IMG/VR virus record: IMGVR_UViG_3300020045_003743
Coordinates: 1 to 41,397 of that record
Source of the DNA: a virus
Taxonomy: Duplodnaviria; Caudoviricetes
DNA length: 41,397 nt
Strand: one strand, 5' to 3'
The first letter of the stretch is position 1. Each line of letters starts with the position of its first letter. Below, in pieces: positions 18,171-28,048 of this stretch. Under the pieces are notes generated by a model. That model was not told the origin of the DNA and did no database searches. It saw only the letters and a list, made by a program, of their open reading frames with translations. The translations under genes and the position numbers were made by a program.

Positions 18171-21160
18171 TGGCAAACACTTTATTAATAACAAAAGAAA
18201 CGGGCGGTTACTTCACTTTTTTACTTACTAAAAATGGAGTACCTCAATTACCTATACAATCAATCAGGAATGACTTGTTGGTTTATGGGGAACAATGCCA
18301 TTTCAAGACCGGAAGCGGTGCAAACATCATAAAGGAACAGTTTATACTACCTACTGATATAACGGTGGTTTCAAGCGGTACTTTTACGTTTACAACGGTT
18401 TCGCAGCTTTGGGCTAAACTTATCGAGGTTGGCTATTTCGATTGGTTAAGCTCTGGAACTGGAGGAACTGGAGTAGATAGGTTTGATGATTTATTGGACA
18501 CGTTTAAATACATTGGGAATAATGGGTGCGCGGTTGTTGTGAACGAAAGTGAGCAGAAATTAACGGCAGTGCCTTTTTTTAATTACAGTAGATTTACAGA
18601 TTTAAATGACACGCCAGATACTTTAGTGGCTAATAAAATGGTGGTTGTAAACGCAACGGGTGACGCTTTAACATTAAAAGAGCAGCCCAATATTACGCCT
18701 CCATCTTTAACGTCGGTTGGATCATTTCATTACGTAGATTTAGCCACGCAAACAACACCTTTAAATGTTGTTGCAGCAGTTGAAAAGAAAATAACGAACG
18801 ACACGGCAGACACTTCTACAAACGTTTTAAATGCTCCCTATGGCATTAGTTCGATGTGGGATATTGCGGCAAATCAATTAGACTTTTCTCAAACAGCAGT
18901 AGGGGATTTAGTCACTGTAATTCCTGCAATAGAAGTAACGACAACGGCAGCAAATCAAAACGTAAATATCTATATTAAGTTAGGTATCGGGTCGAGTAAT
19001 CCAACAACTAAACAAGTTTTCAACAGTCCTATTAAAGCGATTGGAAGCGTTATAATTAATCCTACAAGTGATTTTGTTGTGGATACTTTAGATATTAAAG
19101 ACTATCCGGCTGAAATTTACATCTTGTCAGATGATGCGGCAACCGTAAAAAGTGGCGCATTAGACATTAAAGTAGTACGTAAAAATATTAACGTTGTTTC
19201 GGTTGTTATAGATGTAAACCAAATAGCGGCAGCAAATCACGCAGCATTTAACAAAACTTCTTTAGTAGATGCAGACGAATTTAACGGCACTGATTCTGAC
19301 GCAGATTGGTCTTTAATTCGTGTTTCTTGTTTAAATCTTTGGAACTACATAAAAAGCAAAGCGGCTTCTGTATTTCAATATAAACTAACTGCAGGCACAA
19401 ACATAACCATTGATAATACTGATCCTTTAAATCCGGTTATTTCATCAAGTGGCGGGGGTGCAGGTGCGGTTTCTTCCGTAAACACATTAACAGGCGCGGT
19501 TGCTTTAACACAAGACACTATTGGAGACGGTACAACTTACAAACAATATTCTACAACTGAAAAAAGCAAACTTGCCTCTATAACCGAAATATTCACGACT
19601 GCTTTAAAAGCCGCTTATGATGGCGTTGTAAGTGATTTAGCCATATTATTAGCAACGGGTTCAAGATTAATCTCAAGCGGGGAAATAACAAAACTTAGTA
19701 ATACAACTAACACCAACACGGGCGACGAAACAACAGAAACCATTCAAGCAAAAAGACCTTTAAAAACAATTAACGGCAATACTTTAGATGGAAGTGGGGA
19801 TATTACGATTAGTGGAGGAAGTTCGGGCGCGATAATTTACAACGTTAAAGATTACGGAGCGTTAGGTGATGGAATTACTGATGATACGGTTAAAATACAA
19901 GATGCCATTAACGCTTGTTTTTCAGCAGGTGGCGGGGTTGTTTATTTACCTAAAGGGGTTTATATTATTGGCGGTGCTTTACAAAATGCGGTTGGAGCAG
20001 GAAGCGTTAATTATAATTCACAGCTTTATATACCACAAGAAAATCTAACAGCTTCAACACGGCGAACAATAGAGTTAAGAGGTGAAGTTGCTCCGAATTT
20101 ATTTCAAACATTAGGGATAGGCACTTATACACCACCAAATTCAGGGGTAATATTACGTTCAACTATTCAAGGAAGCGGAACAAGACCGAGTGTAATATGT
20201 AATCGTGGTGCAGCTTCTAATTATTCTGAATTTAGTTATACAACATCATTCTTTAAGAATTTTTCTATTCAAATTACACCAAACGGAAGTTCTAAAATAA
20301 CTATGGGCGGTATAAATTGCGAATACGCTACGCTTGCAAATTTTGAGAATGTTACTTGTTTTCCTTATAACTTGAATTTAGTAAGTAGTGGTAAACCTGA
20401 CGTGATTGATGTTGTAGGAATTGCAATGCCAAGAATAAATTGTGAGCATATCAACACTTTAAAAAACTGTTCAGTGGGTGGTTTTACACAAGGTTATTTA
20501 TTAGGAGAGCATACTTCTGCTTATGATGCTGTTGCTATTTGTTGTGTAAACGGCTATCATCAAACAGCGAATTACCATTTAGGAAATTATGAAAAGATTT
20601 CTGCTTTTTGGTGTAGTGTGGATTTTATAGTAACAGGAGCTTCTTATTTTAATGTGGCTAATTTACAAACAGAATGGACTGTTGCCGGAAAATGGTATGA
20701 TGCAGTAACTACTTTAAGCGATGTTTCAAACTATGGTAAAGGTAGGTTTAACTTTAACATTATCGAAGCGATGGTTGGCTTTAATAATGAGAAATTCACA
20801 AAGATAGGCGGTACAGGAATTGATGTTAAACCTATTTCATTACCTGCTTTAGTAAATGCTCAAACAGGAACTACTTATGCTTTTAAATATTCGGATGCCC
20901 ATCGTTTAAATTCATTTTCAAATGCTGCTGATGCAACGGTAACAATACCTCCAAATTCAAGTGTTTCTTATGATATAAACGCACGTATTTTAATAAAAAG
21001 AAAAGGTGCAGGACGTGTTATAATCGCGGCAGGGGCAGGAGTTACTTTTGAATATCCAACAGGATTTTCTTTAGAAATAAACGCTCAATATGATGCAGTA
21101 GAGTTAGTGCAGGAATCAATCAATACGTGGGGAATTTTTGGAGCATTAAAACCAGTATAA
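18170..21160 (+). CDS. Tailspike/tail fibre with pectate-lyase-3-like beta-helix (putative depolymerase)
   Basis: YNVKDYGALGDGITDDT...AINAC...GGVVYLPKGVY signature; modular, Gly-rich linkers. Confidence 0.85.
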   Translation: MANTLLITKETGGYFTFLLTKNGVPQLPIQSIRNDLLVYGEQCHFKTGSGANIIKEQFILPTDITVVSSGTFTFTTVSQLWAKLIEVGYFDWLSSGTGGTGVDRFDDLLDTFKYIGNNGCAVVVNESEQKLTAVPFFNYSRFTDLNDTPDTLVANKMVVVNATGDALTLKEQPNITPPSLTSVGSFHYVDLATQTTPLNVVAAVEKKITNDTADTSTNVLNAPYGISSMWDIAANQLDFSQTAVGDLVTVIPAIEVTTTAANQNVNIYIKLGIGSSNPTTKQVFNSPIKAIGSVIINPTSDFVVDTLDIKDYPAEIYILSDDAATVKSGALDIKVVRKNINVVSVVIDVNQIAAANHAAFNKTSLVDADEFNGTDSDADWSLIRVSCLNLWNYIKSKAASVFQYKLTAGTNITIDNTDPLNPVISSSGGGAGAVSSVNTLTGAVALTQDTIGDGTTYKQYSTTEKSKLASITEIFTTALKAAYDGVVSDLAILLATGSRLISSGEITKLSNTTNTNTGDETTETIQAKRPLKTINGNTLDGSGDITISGGSSGAIIYNVKDYGALGDGITDDTVKIQDAINACFSAGGGVVYLPKGVYIIGGALQNAVGAGSVNYNSQLYIPQENLTASTRRTIELRGEVAPNLFQTLGIGTYTPPNSGVILRSTIQGSGTRPSVICNRGAASNYSEFSYTTSFFKNFSIQITPNGSSKITMGGINCEYATLANFENVTCFPYNLNLVSSGKPDVIDVVGIAMPRINCEHINTLKNCSVGGFTQGYLLGEHTSAYDAVAICCVNGYHQTANYHLGNYEKISAFWCSVDFIVTGASYFNVANLQTEWTVAGKWYDAVTTLSDVSNYGKGRFNFNIIEAMVGFNNEKFTKIGGTGIDVKPISLPALVNAQTGTTYAFKYSDAHRLNSFSNAADATVTIPPNSSVSYDINARILIKRKGAGRVIIAAGAGVTFEYPTGFSLEINAQYDAVELVQESINTWGIFGALKPV

Positions 21161-22704
21161 TGATAGGAATATTAGAAAAAAACACAGCAATTTTCTATAA
21201 CACATTTATTGGTGGTATTTCGCCTGTAACTAATACTACCGCTTTACTTGCTACTAAGTTAGGTATTTCAGTGGGTAATATTTCAAATTTCACCATTGTA
21301 GGAGCTGATGTTAAATGTAAAATTATTGGAAGTTATTTTATTCCTGCAAGTGCTTTTCAAGGTAATACTGCAATTACTTATTATAATGACGCAGGAGGAT
21401 TGGTTACGGAATTAAGGGCATATTCATTTTATGGAGCGACTGCCTTTAAATGGTTTGTTTTTAATAATGTGACTTCTGTTTTGATTGATGCCTTGCAAAA
21501 TACATTACTTACTACAATATATTTGCCGTCGTTAACAAGTTGCGCAAATGCCGCATTTAGAAGTATAAACTTATTTAAACAAAAAATATTTATACCGAAT
21601 TGCGCTACTTTGGGTAGTAATGTAAATGTGAATGAAGATGTTTTCTTTGGTGTTGCGTTAAATTCAAAAATATATGCAAAACCAAGTTTAGCCACTATAA
21701 ATTTAGGAGGTGTTGAAGCAGATTTAGCTTTTGCGACTACTAATTTATCGACTGTTAAATATGTTTCATCAACGGCAATCCCAAACGCAATAACTGATTT
21801 AGCAGCAGGAACAATTTATGATACTGCAATACAGTTAAATTTTACAGCACCAACAGGAAGTACAAATGCAATTGAGCATTATGAAGTTTATGTAAATGGT
21901 GTTTATTATTCAGATATAAAACGAGGTGGATGGGTTTCAAAATTAACAATTAACACGGCTTACTCTTTTACCGTTTATGCTCGTGATATTTATTATAATC
22001 AATCTTTAGTTAGTAATTCAGTAAGTGCATCTACAACAAACACAAGCGTTGTTTCTTTAAATGAAAAGACTATTGCCGCATATCATTTACTAACTGATTC
22101 TTTAGATTCAAAAGGAACTAATGATGCTTACAATGGTTCGTCTTTGACTTTTAGTTCTGGGGCGGTATTTACAAGTGTTGCAAATTCTTATATCGAACTA
22201 AATCACGACAATGATTTATCTTTTGTAAATGGAAGCACTGAAAAGGCTTTTAGTATAAGCGGTTGGGCGAAATGGACGGCAAATTTTCATATAATTTCAA
22301 AAGGAAGAAATGATTACAACACAGCCGAAGAATGGGTGATGATGACAAATGCAGGAAATCTGTATTTTAGATTAACAGATAAGGCTACTAATGGTGTTTA
22401 TTTAAGATTTTCAATTACAAATCCATTCACCACAACATACAAACATTTTGCAATCACTTATGATGGTTCAAAAACTATTGCAGGATTAAAATTATACATA
22501 AACGGAACACTTCAAACTGTTACAAATGCAAGCGCAGGAACTTATACAGGAATGAAAAAGGGTGTTTTGCCGGTTGTATTAGGTTCAACCAGCGGCAGCA
22601 AATCGTTAAATTTTGCAGGGGCATTAAAAGAGGTTCATTTTTTTAATGCAGAATTAACATCAGGCGATGTTACAACATTACAGACAACAAATTTTCCTTT
22701 TTAG
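21160..22704 (+). CDS. Putative receptor-binding/structural protein with BspA-like LRR, FN3 and LamG/ConA domains
   Basis: IPASAF/IYLPSLTS repeats, YEVYVNG...YSFTVYARD, FSISGW...HFAITYDG...KLYING; TAATG start at 21160. Confidence 0.75.
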   Translation: MIGILEKNTAIFYNTFIGGISPVTNTTALLATKLGISVGNISNFTIVGADVKCKIIGSYFIPASAFQGNTAITYYNDAGGLVTELRAYSFYGATAFKWFVFNNVTSVLIDALQNTLLTTIYLPSLTSCANAAFRSINLFKQKIFIPNCATLGSNVNVNEDVFFGVALNSKIYAKPSLATINLGGVEADLAFATTNLSTVKYVSSTAIPNAITDLAAGTIYDTAIQLNFTAPTGSTNAIEHYEVYVNGVYYSDIKRGGWVSKLTINTAYSFTVYARDIYYNQSLVSNSVSASTTNTSVVSLNEKTIAAYHLLTDSLDSKGTNDAYNGSSLTFSSGAVFTSVANSYIELNHDNDLSFVNGSTEKAFSISGWAKWTANFHIISKGRNDYNTAEEWVMMTNAGNLYFRLTDKATNGVYLRFSITNPFTTTYKHFAITYDGSKTIAGLKLYINGTLQTVTNASAGTYTGMKKGVLPVVLGSTSGSKSLNFAGALKEVHFFNAELTSGDVTTLQTTNFPF

Positions 22705-23115
22705 ATGAAAAAATTAATCCTTTGCCTATTATTTTTTTCCTGTTCAAATGTTGAGGAAAAATACATGCCACAAGAGATAATTATAACCGACACAATCACT
22801 AAAATAATAAACGATGAACGGAGGAACAGGGGTTTAAACGAATTGAAATCTGAAAAGCTACTTACCGAGTTAAGCAGACAAAAAGCAATCCAAATGGAAA
22901 GCAACAAACAAGTCAATCATAATGGATTTACGGCTTTAGAACTTCATTCAGAATCGTATGGACAGATTGTAGGATATGGCTTTAAAAGCGAAGTAAGTTT
23001 GTTCAACAATTACATGAACAGCGAAGCACATAAGAACGTCATTTTAGGAAATTACACCCATATCGGGAGCTATACATTCAAATCGTATAACTGCATATTG
23101 TTTGCAAAATATTAA
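22705..23115 (+). CDS. CAP/SCP-domain lipoprotein
   Basis: Lipobox FFSC; INDERRNRGLNEL...A..M...H...MNSEAHKNVILGNYTHIG. Confidence 0.8.
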   Translation: MKKLILCLLFFSCSNVEEKYMPQEIIITDTITKIINDERRNRGLNELKSEKLLTELSRQKAIQMESNKQVNHNGFTALELHSESYGQIVGYGFKSEVSLFNNYMNSEAHKNVILGNYTHIGSYTFKSYNCILFAKY

Positions 23116-23126
23116 AAAAAGAATAA

Positions 23127-23585
23127 ATGAATAATTACAGTTGGATTGAAATAATAGGGGGTAGTACTATTTTCGGAGCATTAACAACGGCAGTAGGTTG
23201 GTTGTTAGGAGGTCGAAGTAAACAAAAACAAGAATTAAAATCGGGTGTCATAGACAATGAAATTAAAGAAATCGACTATGCTGAAAAAGTACGGGATTTA
23301 TACGAAAGCATTTTATTAAAAAAAGATGCCGAAATAAAATATTTATTAGACCAAGCAAAAGAAGATCGTGATTACTTTAGAACGGAAATAAACCCATTAA
23401 GAGAAGAAGTACAATCGTTAAGAAAAAAAGCAAACGAGCAAGACAAACAAATTGCAGAATTAAGTTTAATAAATGCAATCACGAAAGAGGCTGCTGAAAG
23501 CTGGGAAACCAAGTTTAATGACTTGCAAAAAGAACACGATGCTTTGAAAAAATCCTTTGACGCATTAAAAAAATCAATGAAATGA
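23127..23585 (+). CDS. Membrane-anchored coiled-coil lysis-module protein (holin-like)
   Basis: One N-terminal hydrophobic helix plus long coiled coil; ATGA overlap with the endolysin. Confidence 0.5.
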   Translation: MNNYSWIEIIGGSTIFGALTTAVGWLLGGRSKQKQELKSGVIDNEIKEIDYAEKVRDLYESILLKKDAEIKYLLDQAKEDRDYFRTEINPLREEVQSLRKKANEQDKQIAELSLINAITKEAAESWETKFNDLQKEHDALKKSFDALKKSMK

Positions 23586-24016
23586 GATTAGACGAAAACG
23601 GATACAACGCACTACATTTAAGAGAGGGTTTGAAATTAAAACCCTATTTAGATACTAAAGGAATACCAACTATTGCAATGGGCAACACTTACTATGTAGG
23701 AGGTCGTAAAGTAACAATGAACGACAAGTCTTTGTCTTTGTTAGAGGCTCAAAACTTAGCTAAAATAGTAGCGGATGACTTCGCTAAAAACGTATTTAAA
23801 GTAATAAAATCAAAAGTAAATCAAAATCAATTTAATGCTTTAGTTTCTTTGGCTTATAATATTGGAATTAATGGATTTACAGGTTCGACTGTATTAAAAC
23901 TTGTAAATATTAACCCTAATAACGTATCTATTGCAAGTGCTTTTATGATGTGGACTAAAAATAAAGAGTTAATAGGTCGCAGAAAATCAGAAGTTTTACA
24001 GTATTTCCTAAAATAG
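23582..24016 (+). CDS. Endolysin, phage lysozyme (GH24)
   Basis: EGLKLKPYLDTKGIPTIAMG catalytic E-D-T motif; QFNALVSLAYNIG; RRKSE. Confidence 0.93.
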   Translation: MRLDENGYNALHLREGLKLKPYLDTKGIPTIAMGNTYYVGGRKVTMNDKSLSLLEAQNLAKIVADDFAKNVFKVIKSKVNQNQFNALVSLAYNIGINGFTGSTVLKLVNINPNNVSIASAFMMWTKNKELIGRRKSEVLQYFLK

Positions 24017-24322
24017 TTACGTTAATATAGTAGTTTTTAAAGTTTTATAGTTATATTTGACAAACTAAAAAACTACAAATGAAAAGATTAACCTATTTTC
24101 AAGTACATAAAAACAAAACCCCGAAGAAACTCCCTTTTTTTATTAGTCAAAAATTAATTGCTAAATGTGTTGCTGATATGTTTACACGTTTTGAGTTATT
24201 TAAAATTATGGAAGAAAGTAACGGACACTTTTAAACCTATGAAATATGATACAATCACTTTTATTAATGGCTTTAATAATGACTTTGTTAATTGATTTGA
24301 CAAACGATAATAACAATCTGAA

Positions 24323-24787
24323 ATGAAAAAACTAATCCTATTACTGCTATTGTTCACGCTTGTATCTTGTAGCACAAGAAAAGTTCAAAAATCTTCAACC
24401 AAAGAAGAAGCTAAAACAGAACAAGCCACAACCGAAAAGAAAGATATTACAGCCGAAAAGGAAGCAAAGACGGTTATCAATGACGAAAGCAACGAAATGG
24501 AAATCACCCCAATCGACACGGCAAAAGTTTTAATTATAAACGGAAAAACGTTTAAAAACGCTAAAGTTAAAATCTTACACCGCAAAACTGCAACGAATAT
24601 CACAGCAAAAGAAACGGTTAAAGACAAAACTAAAAGCGAAAATAAAGCGATTACAGCCGTTAAAAAGCAAGCTACGACAAAAGATATAGAAAAGAAAAGC
24701 AATCCTTTTTTACCGTTGTTGTGGTTGCTTATTCCTGCTGGCATTTATTTAGTTTGGAAGTATAAATATAAAATTATTGGGTTATGA
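24323..24787 (+). CDS. Putative unimolecular spanin
   Basis: N-terminal lipobox LVSC plus C-terminal TM helix with basic tail; near the endolysin. Confidence 0.65.
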   Translation: MKKLILLLLLFTLVSCSTRKVQKSSTKEEAKTEQATTEKKDITAEKEAKTVINDESNEMEITPIDTAKVLIINGKTFKNAKVKILHRKTATNITAKETVKDKTKSENKAITAVKKQATTKDIEKKSNPFLPLLWLLIPAGIYLVWKYKYKIIGL

Positions 24788-24902
24788 AAGCATTAAAATA
24801 TATTATAATATCCTTGAAATTTACCTTATGCCTTTTCGCATTACTTTTTGTATTTGCGTTTGTGTTTTTTGGTGCTTTTTTACTTATAAATAATTAATAA
24901 TT

Positions 24903-25286
24903 ATGAATTTAGAAACCCAACAAAAACACTTTACCGAGATTACCGAGCAAATGAAATCTATAATGTTTTCAAAAGGCAACGACTATGCAAACGAGGACAG
25001 ATTGTCTAATTTTAAACTTGCAGGACAAATAGCAGGATTAACACCGGAATTAAACTGTTTGTCATTAATAGCTACAAAGGTAGCGCGTTTAGGGGTGCTT
25101 TTAAACAACAATAACACACCAAATAACGAAAGTATTCAAGATAGTGTTTTAGACCTTGCAAACTACTCTTTATTGCTTAGTATGTTATTAAAAGATAAAG
25201 AAAGTAAATCTATTCTCAAAGATTACCCACAAACTCAAAATAAAACTTGTTTTGCCACATTCGGACAACCAACCAAAACCTACTAA
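24903..25286 (+). CDS. DUF1599/nucleotide-modification-associated domain-like protein
   Basis: KGNDYA...SNF...K..RL...NESIQDSVLDLANY motif. Confidence 0.65.
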   Translation: MNLETQQKHFTEITEQMKSIMFSKGNDYANEDRLSNFKLAGQIAGLTPELNCLSLIATKVARLGVLLNNNNTPNNESIQDSVLDLANYSLLLSMLLKDKESKSILKDYPQTQNKTCFATFGQPTKTY

Positions 25287-25288
25287 TT

Positions 25289-26176
25289 ATGAGTAAATAC
25301 GACAGCTTTAACCAAGCCATATTACCACATTTAGAATTTATATCAAACAATACACATATAGCTGAAAAGATTTATCCAGAGGGTAGGCCAAACGAAATAG
25401 ACAGATTAAGAAAACACATAGCGATAATTAGAAAATACGGACTTCCAACCGTTACAGACGTTCCAATTTTTAGCGGTCAAACAGCAAAGAAAAGTTTGGC
25501 TTTAGAAGTTTTTCACGGTGGTAATCCTGATAATATTTTAGTCATTGGAGATTTACACGCTCCTTTTACATTGCCTAAGTATTTAAAGTTTTGTCGTGAG
25601 CAACAAGAAATACACGATTGCGGAACTGTAATATTTATAGGCGATATTATTGATAATCATTATTCAAGTTATCACGAATCAGATCCAGACGGTTATGGTG
25701 CGGGCGAGGAATTAGATAGGGCGATAGATATGATTTCCGATTGGTATCATACATTCCCTAAAGCGACTGTTATTATAGGCAATCACGATAGGTTAGTTTA
25801 TCGTAAAGCTTTTAGTTCTGGAGTATCAAAGAAGTGGATAAGGGAGTATAAAGACGTACTTAATACTTCGGGTTGGGATTTCGTGGAAAATATAGAGTTG
25901 TTTGACATTAATTTCAATCATGGCGAGGGTGGAACGGCACGAAATAGAATGAAAACAGAATTGCAATCACAAGTACAAGGACATTTACACACGCAATTAT
26001 ATGTTGATTATGCAGTAGGGGCAAACTTCATTGTGTTTGGTATGCAAGTGGCTTGCGGTGTAGATATAAAGAGTTACGCTATGGCTTACGGCAAGAACTA
26101 TAAAAAAAGTGCAATAGGTTGCGGTGTGGTTTTAAACAAAGGAACGTTACCTATTGCTATTCCTATGAAAATGTAA
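25289..26176 (+). CDS. Calcineurin-like metallophosphoesterase
   Basis: GDLH, GDIID, GNHD, HG and GHLH motifs; ATG at 25289. Confidence 0.88.
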   Translation: MSKYDSFNQAILPHLEFISNNTHIAEKIYPEGRPNEIDRLRKHIAIIRKYGLPTVTDVPIFSGQTAKKSLALEVFHGGNPDNILVIGDLHAPFTLPKYLKFCREQQEIHDCGTVIFIGDIIDNHYSSYHESDPDGYGAGEELDRAIDMISDWYHTFPKATVIIGNHDRLVYRKAFSSGVSKKWIREYKDVLNTSGWDFVENIELFDINFNHGEGGTARNRMKTELQSQVQGHLHTQLYVDYAVGANFIVFGMQVACGVDIKSYAMAYGKNYKKSAIGCGVVLNKGTLPIAIPMKM

Positions 26177-26293
26177 TAATAATTAATGTTAAAATGTCCA
26201 GTTTTTAGCACTATAAACTGGACAATATGTAAAAGCATATAACATATTACGTTAAGTCAATAAATACGTTAACAACAATAGTAAAAGCATATA

Positions 26294-26461
26294 ATGGAAA
26301 ATAAAGAATGTTTCTTAAAATTTGAAGCGTGGGGCGAAAGCATAACAATCACGAAAGATCACAGTGATATTACAGCAGAAGATTTTTATTTAATGTGCCG
26401 ACAAATAAGCACGTCACAATTTGGAGAAAAGAACACAAAAGAGTATTTCGGTAAATTATAA
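26294..26461 (+). CDS. Hypothetical 55-aa protein (not in ORF track)
   Basis: MENKECFLKFEAWG...YFGKL*. Confidence 0.45.
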   Translation: MENKECFLKFEAWGESITITKDHSDITAEDFYLMCRQISTSQFGEKNTKEYFGKL

Positions 26462-26598
26462 GGCAAATCGTACCAGTGCAACAAGGTTTTAATCCCTTGT
26501 TTTAGACAAAAATAAATAGTTCAGCAGCGAACTTGCTTTTTTTAAATGTTTAATAATTTGGTTTTAGTTGATTGCAGGGGTGGTTTCCTGCTGAAATT

Positions 26599-26633
26599 TC
26601 CCTCTTGGCTGATAAGGCGTTGAGGGTTTTTTT
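26599..26633 (+). terminator. Terminator at the end of the rightward late transcript
   Basis: CCCTC...GAGGG followed by T run, at the convergence with minus-strand genes. Confidence 0.55.
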
Positions 26634-26796
26634 ATTCCCTTAACCACTTTACAACTATTTGATTTGACAAGCACCAATTTTTACCATTCCAAAGACATTC
26701 TAATCTTTGAACATTACCCATTGTTGTTTTAGTTTCAACAACATACTTTCCTATATTGTCAGGTTTTATTCCTGCATCTATCCATTTAATTTCCAT
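26632..26796 (-). CDS. DUF551-like small protein
   Basis: MEIKWI...PD...W...VVKW pattern; TATATTTG element on the minus strand at 26817-26810. Confidence 0.55.
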   Translation of the reverse strand: MEIKWIDAGIKPDNIGKYVVETKTTMGNVQRLECLWNGKNWCLSNQIVVKWLRE

Positions 26797-26828
26797 ATCT
26801 TTTTTTTTACAAATATACATTTTTAATT

Positions 26829-26871
26829 AAAAGTGTTTAAAAAAAGTGTTTAAAAGTATTTAAAAGTGTTT
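26829..26871. repeat. Four copies of the 10-mer AAAAGTRTTT
   Basis: Copies at 26829, 26842, 26852 and 26862. Confidence 0.8.
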
Positions 26872-26881
26872 AAAAATCCGT

Positions 26882-28048
26882 TTACAAATCAGGACTTTTA
26901 TCCATTATTTCCTTTCTGTTTATTTCGTTTTGTTTAGTGACATAAATCAAAGTAGTTTCTTTTTTTGAATGTCCAAAAACTCCCTGTATAGCATCTAAAC
27001 TTATCCCGGCTTCATACTTTTTATTAGATCCAAATTTCTTCATTGAATACATTGTAATTTCTTTAAATCCAAGTCCTTTTTTTACGATAGTTTCCCATCT
27101 TCTTGTTGCTGTATCTCGGTTTATGTGTGTAGGTGCGGGGAGAAAGTCGGGCAAAAACTGATTTTTACCCCTGTTACCGATTGCAGGCTCTTTGAAACTC
27201 CCAAATAAATAATAATCTTTAGGCAGTTTGTCGAATTGCATATTAATTAAATGCTCTTTTAGATACTTGTTTATGGGTAATGTCCTGTATTTTTTTCTAC
27301 CCTTTGTATTTTTTGGCAATAACTGAATTATGTTATTATCCATATCAATCATATTTAATTGAATATCTAATATTTCAGTCGGTCTGATCCCTAAATCAAA
27401 AATCAATCTAATGTAATTGTAAAAATTAGGATGGTTTTCTATTAATTCCTTTTTAATAACTTCCATCTGTTTGTCACTTGCAGGAACGTGCGCAATACTT
27501 TCCTCAACACGTAAATTTTTAACTTTAAACGCTGGGTTATCTTCTATTATATCGAACTGGATTAACTCGCTTAAAATGGCTTTAAAATGATTCAAATGTT
27601 TATTGTGTGCCTTGTTGCTCCAGCTATTTAACTCTTTCGCTTTTTCCATTATCAACTTAATATGGATTCTTTTCGTGTCGACAATATTCAAGTGCGAAAG
27701 TCCGATATTTTTAATAGCGGTTTCTAAAAAGTTTAACGATCCGTTATAACCGGAATATGTTTTGTTAGATATGTTTGGTTTCTTCTTTTCTAAAGCAAAT
27801 TTTAAAGCATCTATTAAATTTAGATCACTTTGCTTTTTTATGATTTCGGGAATGTTTGGATTCCAGCCTGATTTCAACCTGTCGTGGTACACATCACATA
27901 AAATCAAAAATTGCCTTTCACGTTCTTTGAGGTCGTGTATTCTGTTAAGTTCGTTTTTGCGTTGGTATAGTTTGCCGTTGTATCTGAAAAACACAAACCA
28001 AGTACTAGAAGATTTTGAAAGTTTGGGAACTGTAAATTTAGCTTTCAT
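26882..28048 (-). CDS. int: Tyrosine integrase
   Basis: GIRPTEI, YSMKK (HxxR variant), FGHS...TLIY; N-terminal arm-binding and core-binding regions; adjacent attP. Confidence 0.92.
   Translation of the reverse strand: MKAKFTVPKLSKSSSTWFVFFRYNGKLYQRKNELNRIHDLKERERQFLILCDVYHDRLKSGWNPNIPEIIKKQSDLNLIDALKFALEKKKPNISNKTYSGYNGSLNFLETAIKNIGLSHLNIVDTKRIHIKLIMEKAKELNSWSNKAHNKHLNHFKAILSELIQFDIIEDNPAFKVKNLRVEESIAHVPASDKQMEVIKKELIENHPNFYNYIRLIFDLGIRPTEILDIQLNMIDMDNNIIQLLPKNTKGRKKYRTLPINKYLKEHLINMQFDKLPKDYYLFGSFKEPAIGNRGKNQFLPDFLPAPTHINRDTATRRWETIVKKGLGFKEITMYSMKKFGSNKKYEAGISLDAIQGVFGHSKKETTLIYVTKQNEINRKEIMDKSPDL

Noticed and set aside
18170-22704. Diversity-generating retroelement acting on tail fibres
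   Set aside because: No reverse transcriptase and no TR/VR repeat pair were seen.
26480-26502. T-arm-like hairpin ACAAGG-TTTTAAT-CCCTTGT as a tRNA gene
   Set aside because: No acceptor, D or anticodon stems could be built around it.
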